NCBI GenBank assembly: GCA_002269645.1
Contig: NIVC01001189.1
Span: forward strand, 124,001 to 188,000
Length of the DNA: 64,000 bases
Direction of reading: 5' to 3'
Source of the DNA: Macrostomum lignano
Lineage: Eukaryota
A model generated the notes under the pieces. The model searched no databases. It saw only the letters and a list, made by a program, of their open reading frames with translations, and was not told where the DNA came from. Position 1 is the first letter of the stretch, and each line of letters begins with the position of its first letter. Shown in pieces: positions 1 to 12,945 of the stretch. The position numbers and the translations under genes were made by a program.

Positions 1-721
1 GAGCGACCCATCTGTGGGAGGCTTAGTTGTAGGGGGTGGGGGCAGCACAAGACAAGGCGGGCAGGCCAGCGAGCGGGGGCAAGGGGGAGGAGCCCGATGG
101 GGTCCAGAAAGGGGAGCAAGGTGCTGCGATTCTGCTGGCTAACTTGCTTCTAGTAAATAGTTTTTTGCTATAAGCCGGGACCTCTCCGTTGCGCCGTATC
201 CCCTTTCCTCCGTTCTCTTTTCCCTCTCCCCGTTTCTGGACTTCCCTTCCTTCCTTTCCTCCTCTCTTACCCCTTCGTCTCCTTCTCGTTCTACCCTCCC
301 AAAGCGGGGGTGGGCGAGGGGACGACGGAGGATTTTTGGGCGAGTGTGTGAAGGGGGCGGCAGCGCGTGGTGGTGGCGGGGCGTGCCGGCCTGGGCAGGG
401 CCGCGGCCGCCCAGTGACGTTGCAGAAATCAATTGGGCCAGGCCTGATAGGCTGAGGTGCGGGGGACTGCTGGGACAGGGCCGGGCGCGGGGGTACGGCT
501 TTGCAGCGGTCGGCGCTTATGCAAACTGTAGGAGGGTCTGTTGTACAGATTGCTCCGCTGGGAGTGGGGAGCGACCCATCTGTGGGAGGCTTAGTTGTAG
601 GGGGTGGGGGCAGCACAAGACAAGGCGGGCAGGCCAGCGAGCGGGGGCAAGGGGGAGGAGCCCGATGGGGTCCAGAAAGGGGAGCAAGGTGCTGCGATTC
701 TGCTGGCTAACTTGCTTCTAG
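1..721 (+). repeat. Direct repeat with 568-bp period (1-153 repeated at 569-721; left copy cut by window edge)
   Basis: gagcgacccatctgtgggagg...aacttgcttctag occurs at 1 and again at 569; very G-rich. Confidence 0.9.
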
Positions 722-1751
722 CCGGCACTTTCTCACCTGAGAAGGGACCGAGTTTGAATGCTACTAGCAACCTAGATAGCGATGCGAGCTTTATTGGCAT
801 GCGTAGGAAAGCTCGGACACCCCCCCCCGACTCGGCCAATCAATCAGTAATGATAATAGGATCTGAAATCGAAATCCAGCTAGAATTGAGAGGCTGCAGC
901 CTGCAGGAATTTTTTGCCCAGACTGCCTGGAGTCTAACTTAGCTCAGTTTGAAAAGAGAATTGCTCTCTGTGTGTGTCAGAGCAAGTCCGGAGGCGGGGG
1001 TGTCTTTAGGGTGATGGAGGACTGGCTGGAGGCACCCCAGCCTCCGTGCTTCATCGATAATTGCACTTCATTTTCGGCATTCCGTGGCCTCATGCCCGCC
1101 TGCTTTTTTCTTTCTCTATCTTTTTTATCGATTCTCAGAGTTCTCAGAGTTGACAGAGACTCGAAGAGGCGGACAGCAGCAACGGAGGAAGGTCCTGGCC
1201 CCGTAGCCAGGGCTGTCGGAGACGCTTGAATTTTTTTGTTCCACTCCGACATTGACTCGCGGGCCTGCAACAGGGGGGGGGGCGATCTGCCCACCCCTAT
1301 CAGGCAGTGGCCGGCGTCCCGATGAAGGGAATCGAGGGAACTGGTGGGGAGGGCGAATAAGGGGAGAACCAAATGCCATCGAAGAGGGATGAGGCCGGCC
1401 AACTCGCTCCCTCCGTCGTAAATCTTTCGCCCCGGCGCAGCTGCTGCGGAGGCTGGGGGAGAGCTAATTAGTGCTATAGAGACAGGGGGGTTCTTCAGCT
1501 TCCTCCCAGCCAGGGTTCGGTGCCCCTCAGTCATTTCGCTCCCTTCCAGTTCGCTAGGTACGTAGCGGAACCTGGCTGGGTCGCCCAAATTACTGCCGGG
1601 CGATGACGTCGAAAGCGTCACGATTGCCGAGGATGCGGGAGCCGCGGCGATAAACCGCTTGTGACTCGGTTCTGTCGCCAAACTTTTGACCTGCTAGTCC
1701 CCTCGTTCCAAGGCGAAAATGTCTACTTGGAGCGACCAAGGAATTACGTAC

Positions 1752-1768
1752 CGGATGCGGGACAGCAT
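1752..1768 (-). CDS. Candidate micro first exon of a PDE4 isoform skipping the UCR1 PKA exon (MLSRI+phase 2)
   Basis: acaATG CTG TCC CGC ATC CG|gtacgt; phase 2 matches the phase at the end of the UCR1 exon; very short, could be chance. Confidence 0.25.
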
Positions 1769-2810
1769 TGTAGAGGCCTGGCGCTTTCCTTCAATATGTT
1801 CTCGAGGACTATTGCGTTTCTTGTTGAAGAGTTCAAAGTGCAAGCCGGCGAAGGCAGGCCGCAAGGTGCGGTGAAAATCGAGGCAGTCTGGCGGAAGCTA
1901 TGGAAGGTTGGCGAAATTAACGAGAGCTTCGCCCTTTCTTTCCTCCGCCGTTTCTCCTTCCCTCTCTATCTCTGGTTCTGCGTCCTTCTGAGAGAGAGAG
2001 GCGCCAAGGATAGATGAAGCATGCACCGGACTACGGGGGTCGAGGAGCGAAAGCTGTTCGAGAAGCTTAGCGGATAAATTCCGCAAAAGGCCGAAGCCGG
2101 GAGGGCTGGAGGTCCGGTGGGTGCCCCCACCCAGAATTCCGCAGCGTGCACTATATATTTTATTGCCTTCTGAGCCAGCAGCCAGCTGCTGGTTGGCGGA
2201 TTCGACCCCTCTGCTGCCCTGCGCCCCGTGTCGATCTCTGATTTACTGCTTGCCCACCTTGTCTCCTGCTGCTGCTATTCCATGCGGAACATCTGCTTTT
2301 AGTGCGGCATAGGCATAGCTCAGCTTTTTAATGACGAAAGCGAGTGGCTTTCAGTCCGAGCTCACTTCTGCTTTAAGATGAAGCTGAGGATGTTTTCAAT
2401 CTTCTGCTCGGGAATGATATCATCTCTCTGAGTTCAAACTGGCCTTTATTTTGGCCCCGGGAAGTCCGTATAGACACTTGAACTATCTTTTTTAGGCACT
2501 TTAGGCGCACTAAGCACTACTTGTGAGTAGAGCATTAAGCGAATCACGAAATTTCTAGCTTCACTTTTTCCAAATACTAACAGCTTGTTAAAAAATTCAC
2601 TAACAAAAACAGAACCCAACTGTCAGCAAGATGATACGATCCTATAATGATGTAACCGATGACAGCTGATGACAACATTTTCCATAGCAACTGGAATCGA
2701 AACTGGACTGTTATCATGAGTCCTAATTAAGGAGAAACAAAAAACCTTGTATAGTCATTCTACCACGAAAACTATACATTCAAAAATGGATTGATTCTAA
2801 GAGAAACACA

Positions 2811-3383
2811 CCATAGACACTGACTGTGTGGATTCTACCACCCCATAGACACTGACTGTGTGGATTCTACCACACCATAGACACTGACTGTGTGGATTCT
2901 ACCACCCCATAGAAACTGACTGTGTGGATTCTACCACCCCATAGAAACTGACTGTGTGGATTCTACCACCCCATAGAAACTGACTGTGTGGATTCTACCA
3001 CCCCATAGAAACTGACTGTGTGGATTCTACCACCCCATAGACACTGACTGTGTGGATTCTACCACCCCATAGACACTGACTGTGTGGTAGCACCATAGAC
3101 ACTGACTGTGTGGATTCTACCACCCCATAGACACTGACTGTGTGGATTCTACCACCCCATAGAAACTGACTGTGTGGATTCTACCACCCCATAGAAACTG
3201 ACTGTGTGGATTCTACCACCCCATAGACACTGACTGTGTGGTAGCACCATAGACACTGACTGTGTGGTAGCACCATAGACACTGACTGTGTGGTAGCACC
3301 ATAGACACTGACTGTGTGGTAGCACCATAGACACTGACTGTGTGGTAGCACCATAGACACTGACTGTGTGGATTCTACCACCC
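2811..3383 (+). repeat. 32-bp minisatellite with 26-bp variants
   Basis: Unit ccatagacactgactgtgtggattctaccacc. Confidence 0.95.
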
Positions 3384-3507
3384 AGTCATTAATTTAGAGA
3401 AAGGTATTACTCGTAGGACCAGGGATAGAGAGGAGATTGGTAAATCTAAAAACACCAAGCATGGTATGAGATAATTACGCAAACACGACAGTATCCAGTC
3501 CACTTAC

Positions 3508-3672
3508 AAATCGCTTGTCATAGAGGAGTTCCTCGACGCCTTCGGTGACACATCGAAGTCAGAGTCAGACCTGTACAGGAAGGACTCGCGCCGCTGGTGT
3601 GGCAGGTGCTGCAGCACCAGGCCGCTGGTGCCCGGCTGCCCATCGGGCCGATGGCCAGCGTTCTCATCGAAG
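3508..3672 (-). CDS. PDE4: cAMP-specific phosphodiesterase 4 (dunce-like), first common UCR1 exon; rest of gene lies beyond the left window edge
   Basis: Manual translation [54 protein letters not shown] matches the PDE4 UCR1 signature ([16 protein letters not shown]..SRNSS). Acceptor ctaacgattcctacttcag|C, donor TT|gtaagt; 165 nt, phase 2/2. Confidence 0.95.
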
Positions 3673-3979
3673 CTGAAGTAGGAATCGTTAGAGATGGCGA
3701 GTGGGAGTGAGTACCGGTGCTTGACCTCATTTGACCCGACCTGAGTTGACCCAATCCGGTCAATCTTGATCGGAAGTTTTCTTTGAATTCAAAGTAGCTT
3801 TCATTAACCCAGCAACGGAAAGTGCACCTGAATTATCTCTGACTATTATTGTGCTTTCTTAGCCCAATTAGAATGCCGTGTTGAATATTATTATTCAGAA
3901 TTCGGCCAGGAAATGAGGTTTATTCGATTATGCAAATAGGCCGGCAGGCAAGCGCTGAATCGAAATGAAGGAACTGACT

Positions 3980-4388
3980 GCATTGCCGCAATCAGCAGCG
4001 GGATTCGGGCTTGTCAACAGTCTATCAGCTGCATTGCCGCAATCAGCAGCGGGATTCGGGCTTGTCAACAGTCTATCAGCTGCATTGCCGCAATCAGCAG
4101 CGGGATTCGGGCTTGTCAACAGTCTATCAGCTGCATTGCCGCAATCAGCAGCGGGATTCGGGCTTGTCAACAGTCTATCAGCTGCATTGCCGCAATCAGC
4201 AGCGGGATTCGGGCTTGTCAACAGTCTATCAGCTGCATTGCCGCAATCAGCAGCGGGATTCGGGCTTGTCAACAGTCTATCAGCTGCATTGCCGCAATCA
4301 GCAGCGGGATTCGGGCTTGTCAACAGTCTATCAGCTGCATTGCCGCAATCAGCAGCGGGATTCGGGCTTATCAACAGTCTATCAGCAG
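3980..4388 (+). repeat. 51-bp minisatellite, 8 copies
   Basis: Unit gcattgccgcaatcagcagcgggattcgggcttgtcaacagtctatcagct. Confidence 0.95.
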
Positions 4389-4544
4389 CTGAGGACTGTT
4401 CATCAGCCGGGATGAACTGCAAAACAAACTTCATCGATCATTGGGAGCCGATTCAATATAAGAGATTAAAGTGTGACAGGTGTGCCAAGCAGCTTATGAA
4501 TTTAATTGACTCCAGTTTGGCAGTCTTACATGTAGAGGGTAGAT

Positions 4545-4841
4545 ACGTAGAGAGTAGAGAGGAGAGAGGAGAGAGCAGAGAGGAGTGATTAGAGAGTAAG
4601 AGAGGAGGGAGAAGAGAGGAGAGAGGAGAGAAGAGAGATGAGAGAGTAGAGAGGAGAGAGGAGAGAGGAGAGATGAGAGAGGAGAGATGAGAGAGCAGAT
4701 AGGAGAGGGGAGAGATAAGAGAAGAGAGGAGAGAGGAGAGAGGAGAGAGGAGAGATGAGAGAAGAGAGAAGAGAGATGAGAGAGTAGAGAGAAGAGAGGA
4801 GAGAGGAGAGATGAGAGAGCAGAGAGGAGAGGGGAGAGATA

Positions 4842-4874
<33 letters not shown>

Positions 4875-5075
4875 AGAGAAAAGAAAGGAGAGAGGAAAGA
4901 GAAAAGAGGAGAAAAGTTTTAAAGGCATCAAATCTTACTTTAACACACATATACTCCTCTACCTCTATTCCAACTATTTAACAAGTCTTTGTTTGAGAAT
5001 GACTTCTGATTTAAGAGTGTATGAAAAAAAATAGTTCCGGGGATTGAAATTCACCGGATTTTAAGTTCATGGGTT
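4545..5075 (-). repeat. Dispersed repeat: unique head plus long purine/pyrimidine tract, homologous to 62130-62750
   Basis: Reverse complement shares cccggaactattttt..cata..gaagtcat.ctcaaacaaa.acttgttaa..gttaaa.taagatttga.gccttt with 62159-62278, then a CT-rich tract. Confidence 0.75.
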
Positions 5076-6289
5076 TTAACAGCTTGTCGCAAATATACTC
5101 ATATTTAGAGATAGCGAATTAGAGAAAGGAAAGGGGTTTCTAGCATTGGTGAGTCAAGAAGGGGGTTGGGGCGATCGATAGCGGTTACAGTACAGAGCGA
5201 AGGAGGGGGGGCGAGGCAGGTAAATTGTATATTAATTTGATAATTGAATATGAGCGTATTGAAAATAGGCAGAAATGGCTTTAAAAGAGCGACAGCACTT
5301 GTCCCTAGCGCAATCCTATGGTATTGTCTATGGCCTTCATCTTTTTGTACGCAAAAGCTTATTTCTGCCTACTTTCAAGGGCTAACGAATCGGTACCCAG
5401 TGCTCGAATCCTGGACAGATAGGAATCACTACACACTAAGAAGCGCTTTGCTACCGAACTCTCGCTCCCTCATTCCCAAGGAACTTCTACTAGCGACCTT
5501 GAAAAGGCGCCGCATCATACAATGGCAGGAGAAATAAGCAAGAAGAGGCACTGGGCATTGTCTTTCCGGTGTTGCGTGTCTGGGAAGGGGGCCCTTCGCC
5601 GGCCGGCCTGGCTGCACGTGTTCGGCCTTAAAGTACGGTCGGAATTCGCTTATTCGACCGACTGGATGCCTGCGCATAGGCAAACCATTGCAAAACCAAC
5701 AGGCGGCGGCACAGCAGGCGGTTACGAAGCCCGAGCCGAAGGAAAAGTGATGGAGAGTGCGCGAAGCTGTTCGCTGGTTTCCCCGTAACACAACGAATGT
5801 CACTCTGCCGGGAGGAACTGGGCAGCGAAAAGATAGATAGAGTAGGAAAGTGGAAGAGAAAGAAGGGGATGGAGTTGGAAAGGGATGAAACTCTCTTCTT
5901 TACCGCATTGTGTTTTTATGCAATATTAGTGCAACTGGGCGAGCAGCTGAAGAAGTCTTGAAACTAGAAGCGATTTAGACAGACTTATATTATCCTACAT
6001 CCAGTTAGCCACTAATATCTACAATACCGAATCCGAATTTTTGTTCCGAGCCCCTGAAATCTAAAGTTCTAGTTCGAAAATCCCTAGATCCAGGCTCCTA
6101 TATTCGATATCCCGGATGCAAAGCAAAATATTCGGGTAAAAGATTCAATTATGGAGCAGTCAAACAGAATAAGTTGAAGGTCCAGGATCCAAGGTCGCAC
6201 AACCAAGGTCCCAAATCGAAGGTCCAGAAACCAAGGTTCCAGACTCAATGTCCCAAATCAGAGGTCCCAGATCCAAGTTCAGAGATCAA

Positions 6290-6960
6290 AGATCCCAGTC
6301 CCAAGGTCCCAGTTCCAAGGTCCCAGATCCAAGGTCCCAGTTCCAAGGTCCCAGATCCAAGGTCCCAGATCCAAGATCCTAGATCCAAGGTCCCAGATCC
6401 AAGGTCCCAGATCCAAGGTCCCAGATCCAAGGTCCCAGATCCAAGATCCCAGATCCAAGGTCCCAGATCCAAGGTCCCAGATCCAAGATCTCAGATCCAA
6501 GGTCCCAGATCCAAGGTCCCAGATCCAAGGTCCCAGATCCAAGGTCCCAGATCCAAGGTCCCAGATCCAAGGTCCCAGATCCAAGGTCCCAGATCCAAGG
6601 TCCCAGATCCAAGGTCCCAGATCCAAGGTCCCAGATCCAAGGTCCCAGATCCAAGGTCCCAGATCCAAGGTCCCAGATCCAAGGTCCCAGATCCAAGGTC
6701 CCAGATCCAAGGTCCCAGATCCAAGGTCCCAGATCCAAGGTCCCAGATCCAAGGTCCCAGATCCAAGGTCCCAGATCCAAGGTCCCAGATCCAAGGTCCC
6801 AGATCCAAGGTCCCAGATCCAAGGTCCCAGATCCAAGGTCCCAGATCCAAGGTCCCAGATCCAAGGTCCCAGATCCAAGGTCCCAGATCCAAGGTCCCAG
6901 ATCCAAGGTCCCAGATCCAAGGTCCCAGATCCAAGGTCCCAGATCCAAGGTCCCAGATCT
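6290..6960 (+). repeat. 14-bp minisatellite
   Basis: Unit ccaaggtcccagat. Confidence 0.95.
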
Positions 6961-6985
6961 AAGGTCCTGAGTCCCAGTCGCGCAC

Positions 6986-7320
6986 CCGAGCATCTGGCGG
7001 GTCCGAGTGACTTTCACGGTGCTGCTTGTGAGCACGGAGCCAACAGGTGACGGCGCAGCTGAGGCGGGCACGAAGCCCTGCTGCATGTTCTTGATTATGC
7101 GGACCCGGCGCCGCTTCAAGATCTTCTTAGTGACGGTGATGTCCCCATTCGGCGTTGGGATCACCGAAGTCTCGTACTGGATCTCCTCCTGCGGCGGCAG
7201 CTCCTCAGTCTCCGTCCACTCCTCCAGTGCTGGCTGCTGCGACTCGTCCGGGTGCTCCGGAAGGCTGGCCAAGAGGCTCTGCATGGTCGGCTGCGGTTTG
7301 CTTTGCTTTCTTGCTTGCAA
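6986..7320 (-). CDS. PDE4: PDE4 alternative first exon A (MQARKQSK...TRTRQML+GG)
   Basis: ATG 7320, open frame to CTC GG|gtgcgc; phase 2 joins UCR1 as ...QMLG-FDEN; donor is non-optimal. Confidence 0.65.
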
Positions 7321-8369
7321 AGCAGCTGTTTTTGTCTCTTTAAGACACGCAGAATTGAGACAGAAAGCAGAGATGGCGGGACAGGCGAGGCTAAGCTGGC
7401 AGTGGCGGCCCTCTGTTTAGCTAGAGCCATTATGTATAAGGCCTTGTATAGTTCCCCGCCAACAGCCGGCCGAGCCGTTGGCACATCCCGGACACGCTCG
7501 CTGACGCGAAGCCCAGTGGGCCGGCGCCCCGCGGGTCCTCCGGAATCTCATCCCTCTACTGCTGGCCCGCGTGAAAGAGAGGCCGGGATCGGGGATTCGG
7601 GAGGCGGGGAGGGAAGAGGAGAGGGCGGATGCGACGAGAGAGATGGGGGGAAAGAAAATGAAAGTGGAGATGGAGAAACAGCCGGCTGCTGCGGGAGTTC
7701 ACAGAGATTCGATTTAAAATTTGCTTTGCGCAAAGTTGAGACTCCCGGGGGGCTCATTGGCTCAGGCGGGATCGGCACTGGTTTATAAACAGGAAGCTGC
7801 GATCCGGCTTCAACATCTCTGGATGTCGTCCTTAGTTAAAGCTTGCCTCAGTTTTGTTGCCCCCTCCCCGAGGGAAGATGAGCCGCTGGGTCTGGGCGGT
7901 GGGCGGTGGGCAGGCAGAGACCCAAAGAGAATTAATGCGGAACTGCCGCCCTGCCAGCCGGTAGCAGAAGAGGTGGGAACCCTGTGTCTCCCCCCCCCCC
8001 CTACCCTCGACCCAGTCCGGTCGCGCGTGCATCATTGAAGCGAAGAAATTAGGTCGCATGAATTCCTAGAATACAGGATGAAAATGTCGGAGATCCGCAG
8101 ATCATGACGAAGGGAATTCGGTCATCGGAGTGTGAGCAAAATTCACCAGGGAGTTGGACAGGGACTTTGGGAACAACTTGGATCGGTGTTGAAACGATAA
8201 TTGATTACCTGAGACTTGGGTCAAATACTGTCCCTTTGACTGCTGCCAATAAACTGGGGAAATGTAGAAATTTAACTAATTATTAATGAAGTCGCGTTGT
8301 TCGATGAATTAGCTACTGCTGAAGCTTATTAAGTTATTTTCTTAGAAAATAATTTCTTAACTTGCTCAT

Positions 8370-8776
8370 GCATTGTGAGTTGGATTGCTCAGGCATTGTG
8401 AGTTGGATTGCTCAGGCATTGTGAGTTGGAGTGCTCAGGCATTGTGAGTTGGATTGCTCAGGCATTGTGAGTTGGAGTGCTCAGGCATTGTGAGTTGGAT
8501 TGCTCAGGCATTGTGAGTTGGAGTGCTCAGGCATTGTGAGTTGGATTGCTCAGGCATTGTGAGTTGGAGTGCTCAGGCATTGTGAGTTGGATTGCTCAGG
8601 CATTGTGAGTTGGAGTGCTCAGGCATTGTGAGTTGGATTGCTCAGGCATTGTGAGTTGGAGTGCTCAGGCATTGTGAGTTGGATTGCTCATGCATTGTGA
8701 GTTGGATTGCTCATGCATTGTGAGTTGGATTGCTCAGGCATTGTGAGTTGGATTGCTCATGCATTGTGAGTTGGTT
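8370..8776 (+). repeat. 23-bp minisatellite
   Basis: Unit gcattgtgagttggattgctcag with alternating t/g variant. Confidence 0.95.
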
Positions 8777-9182
8777 TGCTCTGAAGCTTCATATCATATA
8801 AAATGACGGTTTCCAAACGTCTACTAGAGGATCCTCTTTGACGAATGGGGAAATTTTTCTGCTGGTGGGATGTCCAGAGCTTATTTCCCAATCCATAGTA
8901 AAGCTATTTCGCGGGAGCTGAAAACACCGCACTGGACTGGAGCAAGTAGTGCGCATAGTGGGTCTGTCAGAGCCGCTATATCTAAAATCTTCGCGCCAGT
9001 CTCTAGGCATTAGCTTCCCCCCTGCTGCGCACGCACCCGACAGAAGCCCGAGGCCCCATTCGGCACTGGTTCCCCCAAGCTGGGTTGCTAACGAGAGCGG
9101 AGGGGAGTCCAGAGAATGGACTGACGCGAGACCCGGAGCCCCGAGCCAATTTAGTGGACTGGCGCGGCTCATTCCGTCTCAC

Positions 9183-9235
9183 CCCCAGTCTCTCGCCCGC
9201 ATCTCTACAGCTCCTCTATCTATCAGTCCGAGCAT
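9183..9235 (-). CDS. Weak candidate additional PDE4 first exon (MLGLIDRGAVEMRARDW+GG)
   Basis: ATG 9235, 17 codons then GG|gtgaga in phase 2; short, may be chance. Confidence 0.25.
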
Positions 9236-9366
9236 CTATTCGCCCAAAAGCCCCAAGGCTCGAAGTGACAACAGTGCGTAGCGAGATGCAAATCTGAATT
9301 TCCAGCATTTCACTGGCTGCACTCGGGCTGGGCTTGGTCAGCTTCCTCAGCTTAGCTTGCAGCTAC

Positions 9367-9572
9367 CTGGTAGTTCGCTCCCAGACTCTCTGCACCAGCC
9401 GGGCGTGAATGAAGTGCCTTCTAGCGGCGTGCGCTGTACTGTTGGTCCACATCAGCGAGTGCCGCCGCTGGGTCCACCTACCCGAGCCACCTGAGGCGGC
9501 GGCGGCGGTTGCGGCAGCTGCTGAGCCGGCTGTTGCCAGACGCCTTAATTCTCGACGACGTCCGAATTCCAT
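9367..9572 (-). CDS. PDE4: PDE4 alternative first exon B (MEFGRRREL...QRRHSL...WERTT+AG)
   Basis: ATG 9572, ACC AG|gtagct phase 2; RRHS motif. Confidence 0.7.
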
Positions 9573-10379
9573 TCGGCTCTCTTATCACTAATATAGTTAT
9601 TATTAGCTAAAGCCTATAGGCCAAATTTCTGTTGCGCCTTCAACCTGCCGCTTGAATTGCCTCTTCTTTTTTCTCACGTTGCTTTTTTTATAAGCAGCGT
9701 CGGGGCATCGGATGAGTTCTCTGCCGTCTCCCCACGGGCCTCTCTTTCCACCCCTGTGGATACTTAATTGGGCCGGCTGAGGATTGAGTTACGCCAGGGA
9801 GAGGCTGGAGAAGGAAATAGACTGACTGAGAGCGACAGGAAGACGGTGCTCCTTCTCGGCGGCGAAAGTGGGGAGGCAGCTGGGTCTGGGCTCGGTCTGC
9901 TTTTGCAATTGGATTGACATCGCTGCCGTGACATCTGCCGCCGAAGTGCGTCACTCGCTCTCTCCAATTCTCCCTTTCCCCTGCGCCCAGCGCTCCCAGA
10001 TCCCACTAACTGCCTCTCCGGGGTCTCGGCTCACTTTTATTCACGGAAGCTCAGCCAGAAGCAGAAAAAATAGCCTTCGCGAAATAAACGGAAATTATTG
10101 AGGAGGCTCCTGCGGAATCAACACGAGTTCAATCTCACTTTGAATAGCAGCCCATCCTGTTTGATAGATTGTCTTGATTAAACTGAATTAAACTCGACTT
10201 AATAAAAATTAGTATTTTGTTCGGTGGGTTGATAAGGATATGTAGGCAATTTATACCTGCTCGAGTTGATTGAAAATGATTTCTTTCAGTTATCACTCGA
10301 AATTTTGACTATCAAACAGTTTTGTTGAAAGATTTGAAGTATTTGTGCAATCCGAAAGTAAATTCTAATCGGATTTTAG

Positions 10380-10665
10380 AGTTTGTGAAGTTTAGGGTTT
10401 GTTTAGTGTAGAGTCTGAAGTTTAGGGTTCGTGAAGTTTAGGGTCCGTGAAGTTTAGGGTCCGTCAAGTTTTGGGTTTGTAAAGTTTAGGGTTTGTGTAG
10501 TTTAGAGTCTGTAAAGTTTAGAGTCTGTGAAGTTTAGAGTCTGTGAAGTTTAGAGTCTGTGAAGTTTAGAGTCTGTAAAGTTTAGAGTCTGTGAAGTTTA
10601 GGGTTTGTGAAGTTTAAGGTCTGTGAAATGTAGGGTTTGTGAAATTTAAAGTTTGCGTAGTTTAA
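10380..10665 (+). repeat. Degenerate ~16-bp minisatellite containing TTTAGGG-like cores
   Basis: gtgaagtttagggttt / gtgaagtttagagtct units. Confidence 0.85.
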
Positions 10666-10732
10666 GTTTTGTGTAGTTTCGGCACTGTGACCCCCCCTTC
10701 CCCCCAGAGGACAGCTGACCCAGCGGACAGAC

Positions 10733-10908
10733 CTGGCCAGGGTGCTCAGCGCAGAGAATCGAACGCTGCGGCAGCCGCCTGCGCCTGGAGCGGCATTCGG
10801 CGCAGACACGCTCCGCGAGTGCAAGTACATCGCAGCTGCGGGCTGGCGGAGCCGCACTGGGAGCTGCTGCTGCTGCTGCTGCTGCGGATTGCCAGTCGCT
10901 GCTTGCAT
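10733..10908 (-). CDS. PDE4: PDE4 alternative first exon C (MQAATGNPQQQQ...RFSALSTLA+AG)
   Basis: ATG 10908 with in-frame TAA just upstream; GCC AG|gtctgt phase 2; donor non-optimal. Confidence 0.55.
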
Positions 10909-11934
10909 AACTGCTTAGGTGGAATCAGTTTGTATTGAGCAAATCCTATACTTCTCACACAATCTCCGTCTCCGCTGTCAAACTATATAGGCATGCGACT
11001 CTCCCCACCCCTCCTTGAGCTCCACTGCTGCCCCCCTTCTCCCGTTCTCTTCCCTCCATGGCAAGCGCGGGCTTGTCCCCGGGCAGCTTAGTAGGGCGCA
11101 AGGAGAAACGCGAGCAAGTCTAGAGGCAGCAAGGTTGACTTGTGCGTTGCTTCCGATCGAGGGGGCTTCGGCCCAGCCAGATGACGCGGTGGATGACGCG
11201 GCGAGTCCAAATCCCGACCTGCAGCCTGACAGCGAAGTGGGCGAAGGAGGAAAACGGGGAGAACGAAGGAGCTGGGTGAGGTGAAAGAGAGAGACGAAAC
11301 GGAAAGTGTGAGTTGTCCACTAGTGGAGTGGGAAGTTTTTAGGGGCTGGGGGATCATGAATGCACACAATGGGTGTTGAGAACATCGCTAAGAAAACGTT
11401 GCATAGTCGAACAAGAGGGCCGTAAGTCACATTGATTTTATTGTTTTGGCTAAGAGAAGGTGCACTGAGAAAGTGGAGTTTCCCTATGGAATTTCCCTAT
11501 GCAAAGTTTTGTAGGGAAAAATAGTTGATCAAGTTTACTGTTCACGTTCTATGTTACTTAACTAAAGCTTTTAAATTTGGATTGGGGTCTCTTATAAAAG
11601 TAATTTCGATGCTTTTCTGCTAAAATTTTTGTTCCATTTTGTATGTTCAGCCTTATGTGTTCGCTCTTACCAAATTAGTCATGAAAAAATTCATTTAAAA
11701 ATTATAACTCATACTAGCAATCAGCGCCCCCCGTTGGGGAGCCAAAATGCAGTACAAGTTTTCTAATAAACTACATGTAGCGTCTCTTTGAAATATACTT
11801 TGTAAGCAGTCCCTTGTAAGCCTTGACATGTCAGCAATTCCCCCCACAAGCCTTAACATATCAACAATTCCCCTCTTGACATTTCAGCGATGTCCCACAT
11901 AAGCCTTGAAATCTTAAAAAATCTGTCAACCTTC

Positions 11935-11978
11935 TAACCCTAACCCTAGCCTAACCCTAGCCCTAACCCTAACCCTAA
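11935..11978 (+). repeat. Short interstitial telomere-like (CCCTAA)n tract
   Basis: aaccctaaccctagcctaaccctagccctaaccctaaccctaa. Confidence 0.8.
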
Positions 11979-12625
11979 AGTATTAACATTTCAGTAATTC
12001 TCCCCAAGAGTCATTATAGCACTACACCATTATAGCGATTCCCTGCAAGCCACAACAACGTAGGGATTCCCAAATGAATCTCTTAATTTCGACATGACGC
12101 TTCTTTTATTTTTACATGACGCTTTTTCTATCATTAGAACTCAAAATTCGAGATCAGGCAACCAGGATTTTCGGGACAACAAGTCATTAAAAATGTTTTA
12201 AAGTAGAGCCAACTACTTTAAGTAGTTAATTTCTTAATCCTATTGATGGAGTGGGCTAAATCCTTGAAAAATATTATATTGAACTTTTTTTTCAAAACTT
12301 TCTTCCTTCCACAACTTGGGCGTTTTATTGTAAGCCGTATTTTGAAATTTCACGGGGAATTACTACTTCCATTTGGGCGTCTGTTTAGAGTTTTTCGTAT
12401 AACTTTGCGCTTGGCTAATAATTTATTGATTAACAAAGTTAACTCTCACTTGTCATTCGTTTTCGCTTTCTGTCTATGGCCAAATTAAGCTAAGAACTAA
12501 ATAAACATTTTAAATACGAGGCTCGTGAAGTGCTTTAGAATGATCTGATCTGTGTAGCTGCTATGCGGCTATTCACAGTCTTATAGCTCAACCACCAACC
12601 TGAATGGCCTTCGATCCGGACTCAC

Positions 12626-12945
12626 CAAGTGTTGCAAGAGTGCCGCCTGTACAGCAGCTGCAGGCCCACGCCAAGTCTGCTGTGCCTGTAGGCACCGGAC
12701 GGCATCGTGTCAAACCTGACTCGCTGGCAGTTCACATCCGCCACCGGCTCCTGCAGAACAGGCAGTTGCAGCATGGGAATCTGCGACACCTGCTGCTGCT
12801 GCTGCTTCTGCGCCCGTCGTTCCGTCGCTTGTCGACGGGACTCGCCTCGGCCGTTGTTGAAATTCACTTTTAGCCGAGCGAGCCTTTCGAGCTGGAGTTC
12901 GGAAGTTTTTTTCTTGCCCGACGCCTTTCTGCTTCTAGTGGACAA
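12626..12945 (-). CDS. PDE4: PDE4 alternative first exon D (MSTRSRKASGKKK...LYRRHSCNT+TG)
   Basis: ACT TG|gtgagt phase 2; spliced product RRHSCNTC-FDEN resembles vertebrate PDE4D3 RRHSWIC-FDVD. Confidence 0.85.

Noticed and set aside
977-1681. 234-aa minus-strand ORF
   Set aside because: No recognisable domain or splice support; GC-rich sequence readily gives such ORFs
5244-5803. Possible retroelement fragment
   Set aside because: No diagnostic RT or endonuclease motif found
3928-6962. Repeat-derived ORFs at 3965-4588 and 6174-6962, and the repeat-derived C-terminal part of the 6379-7320 ORF
   Set aside because: Frames are open only because of the repeat; the 7320 ORF is better explained by splicing at 6986
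8789-9281. Overlapping ORFs on both strands
   Set aside because: No motifs and no compatible donor for the long frames
11935-11978. Telomeric repeats as a chromosome end or fusion scar
   Set aside because: Only ~7 imperfect units; common interstitial motif
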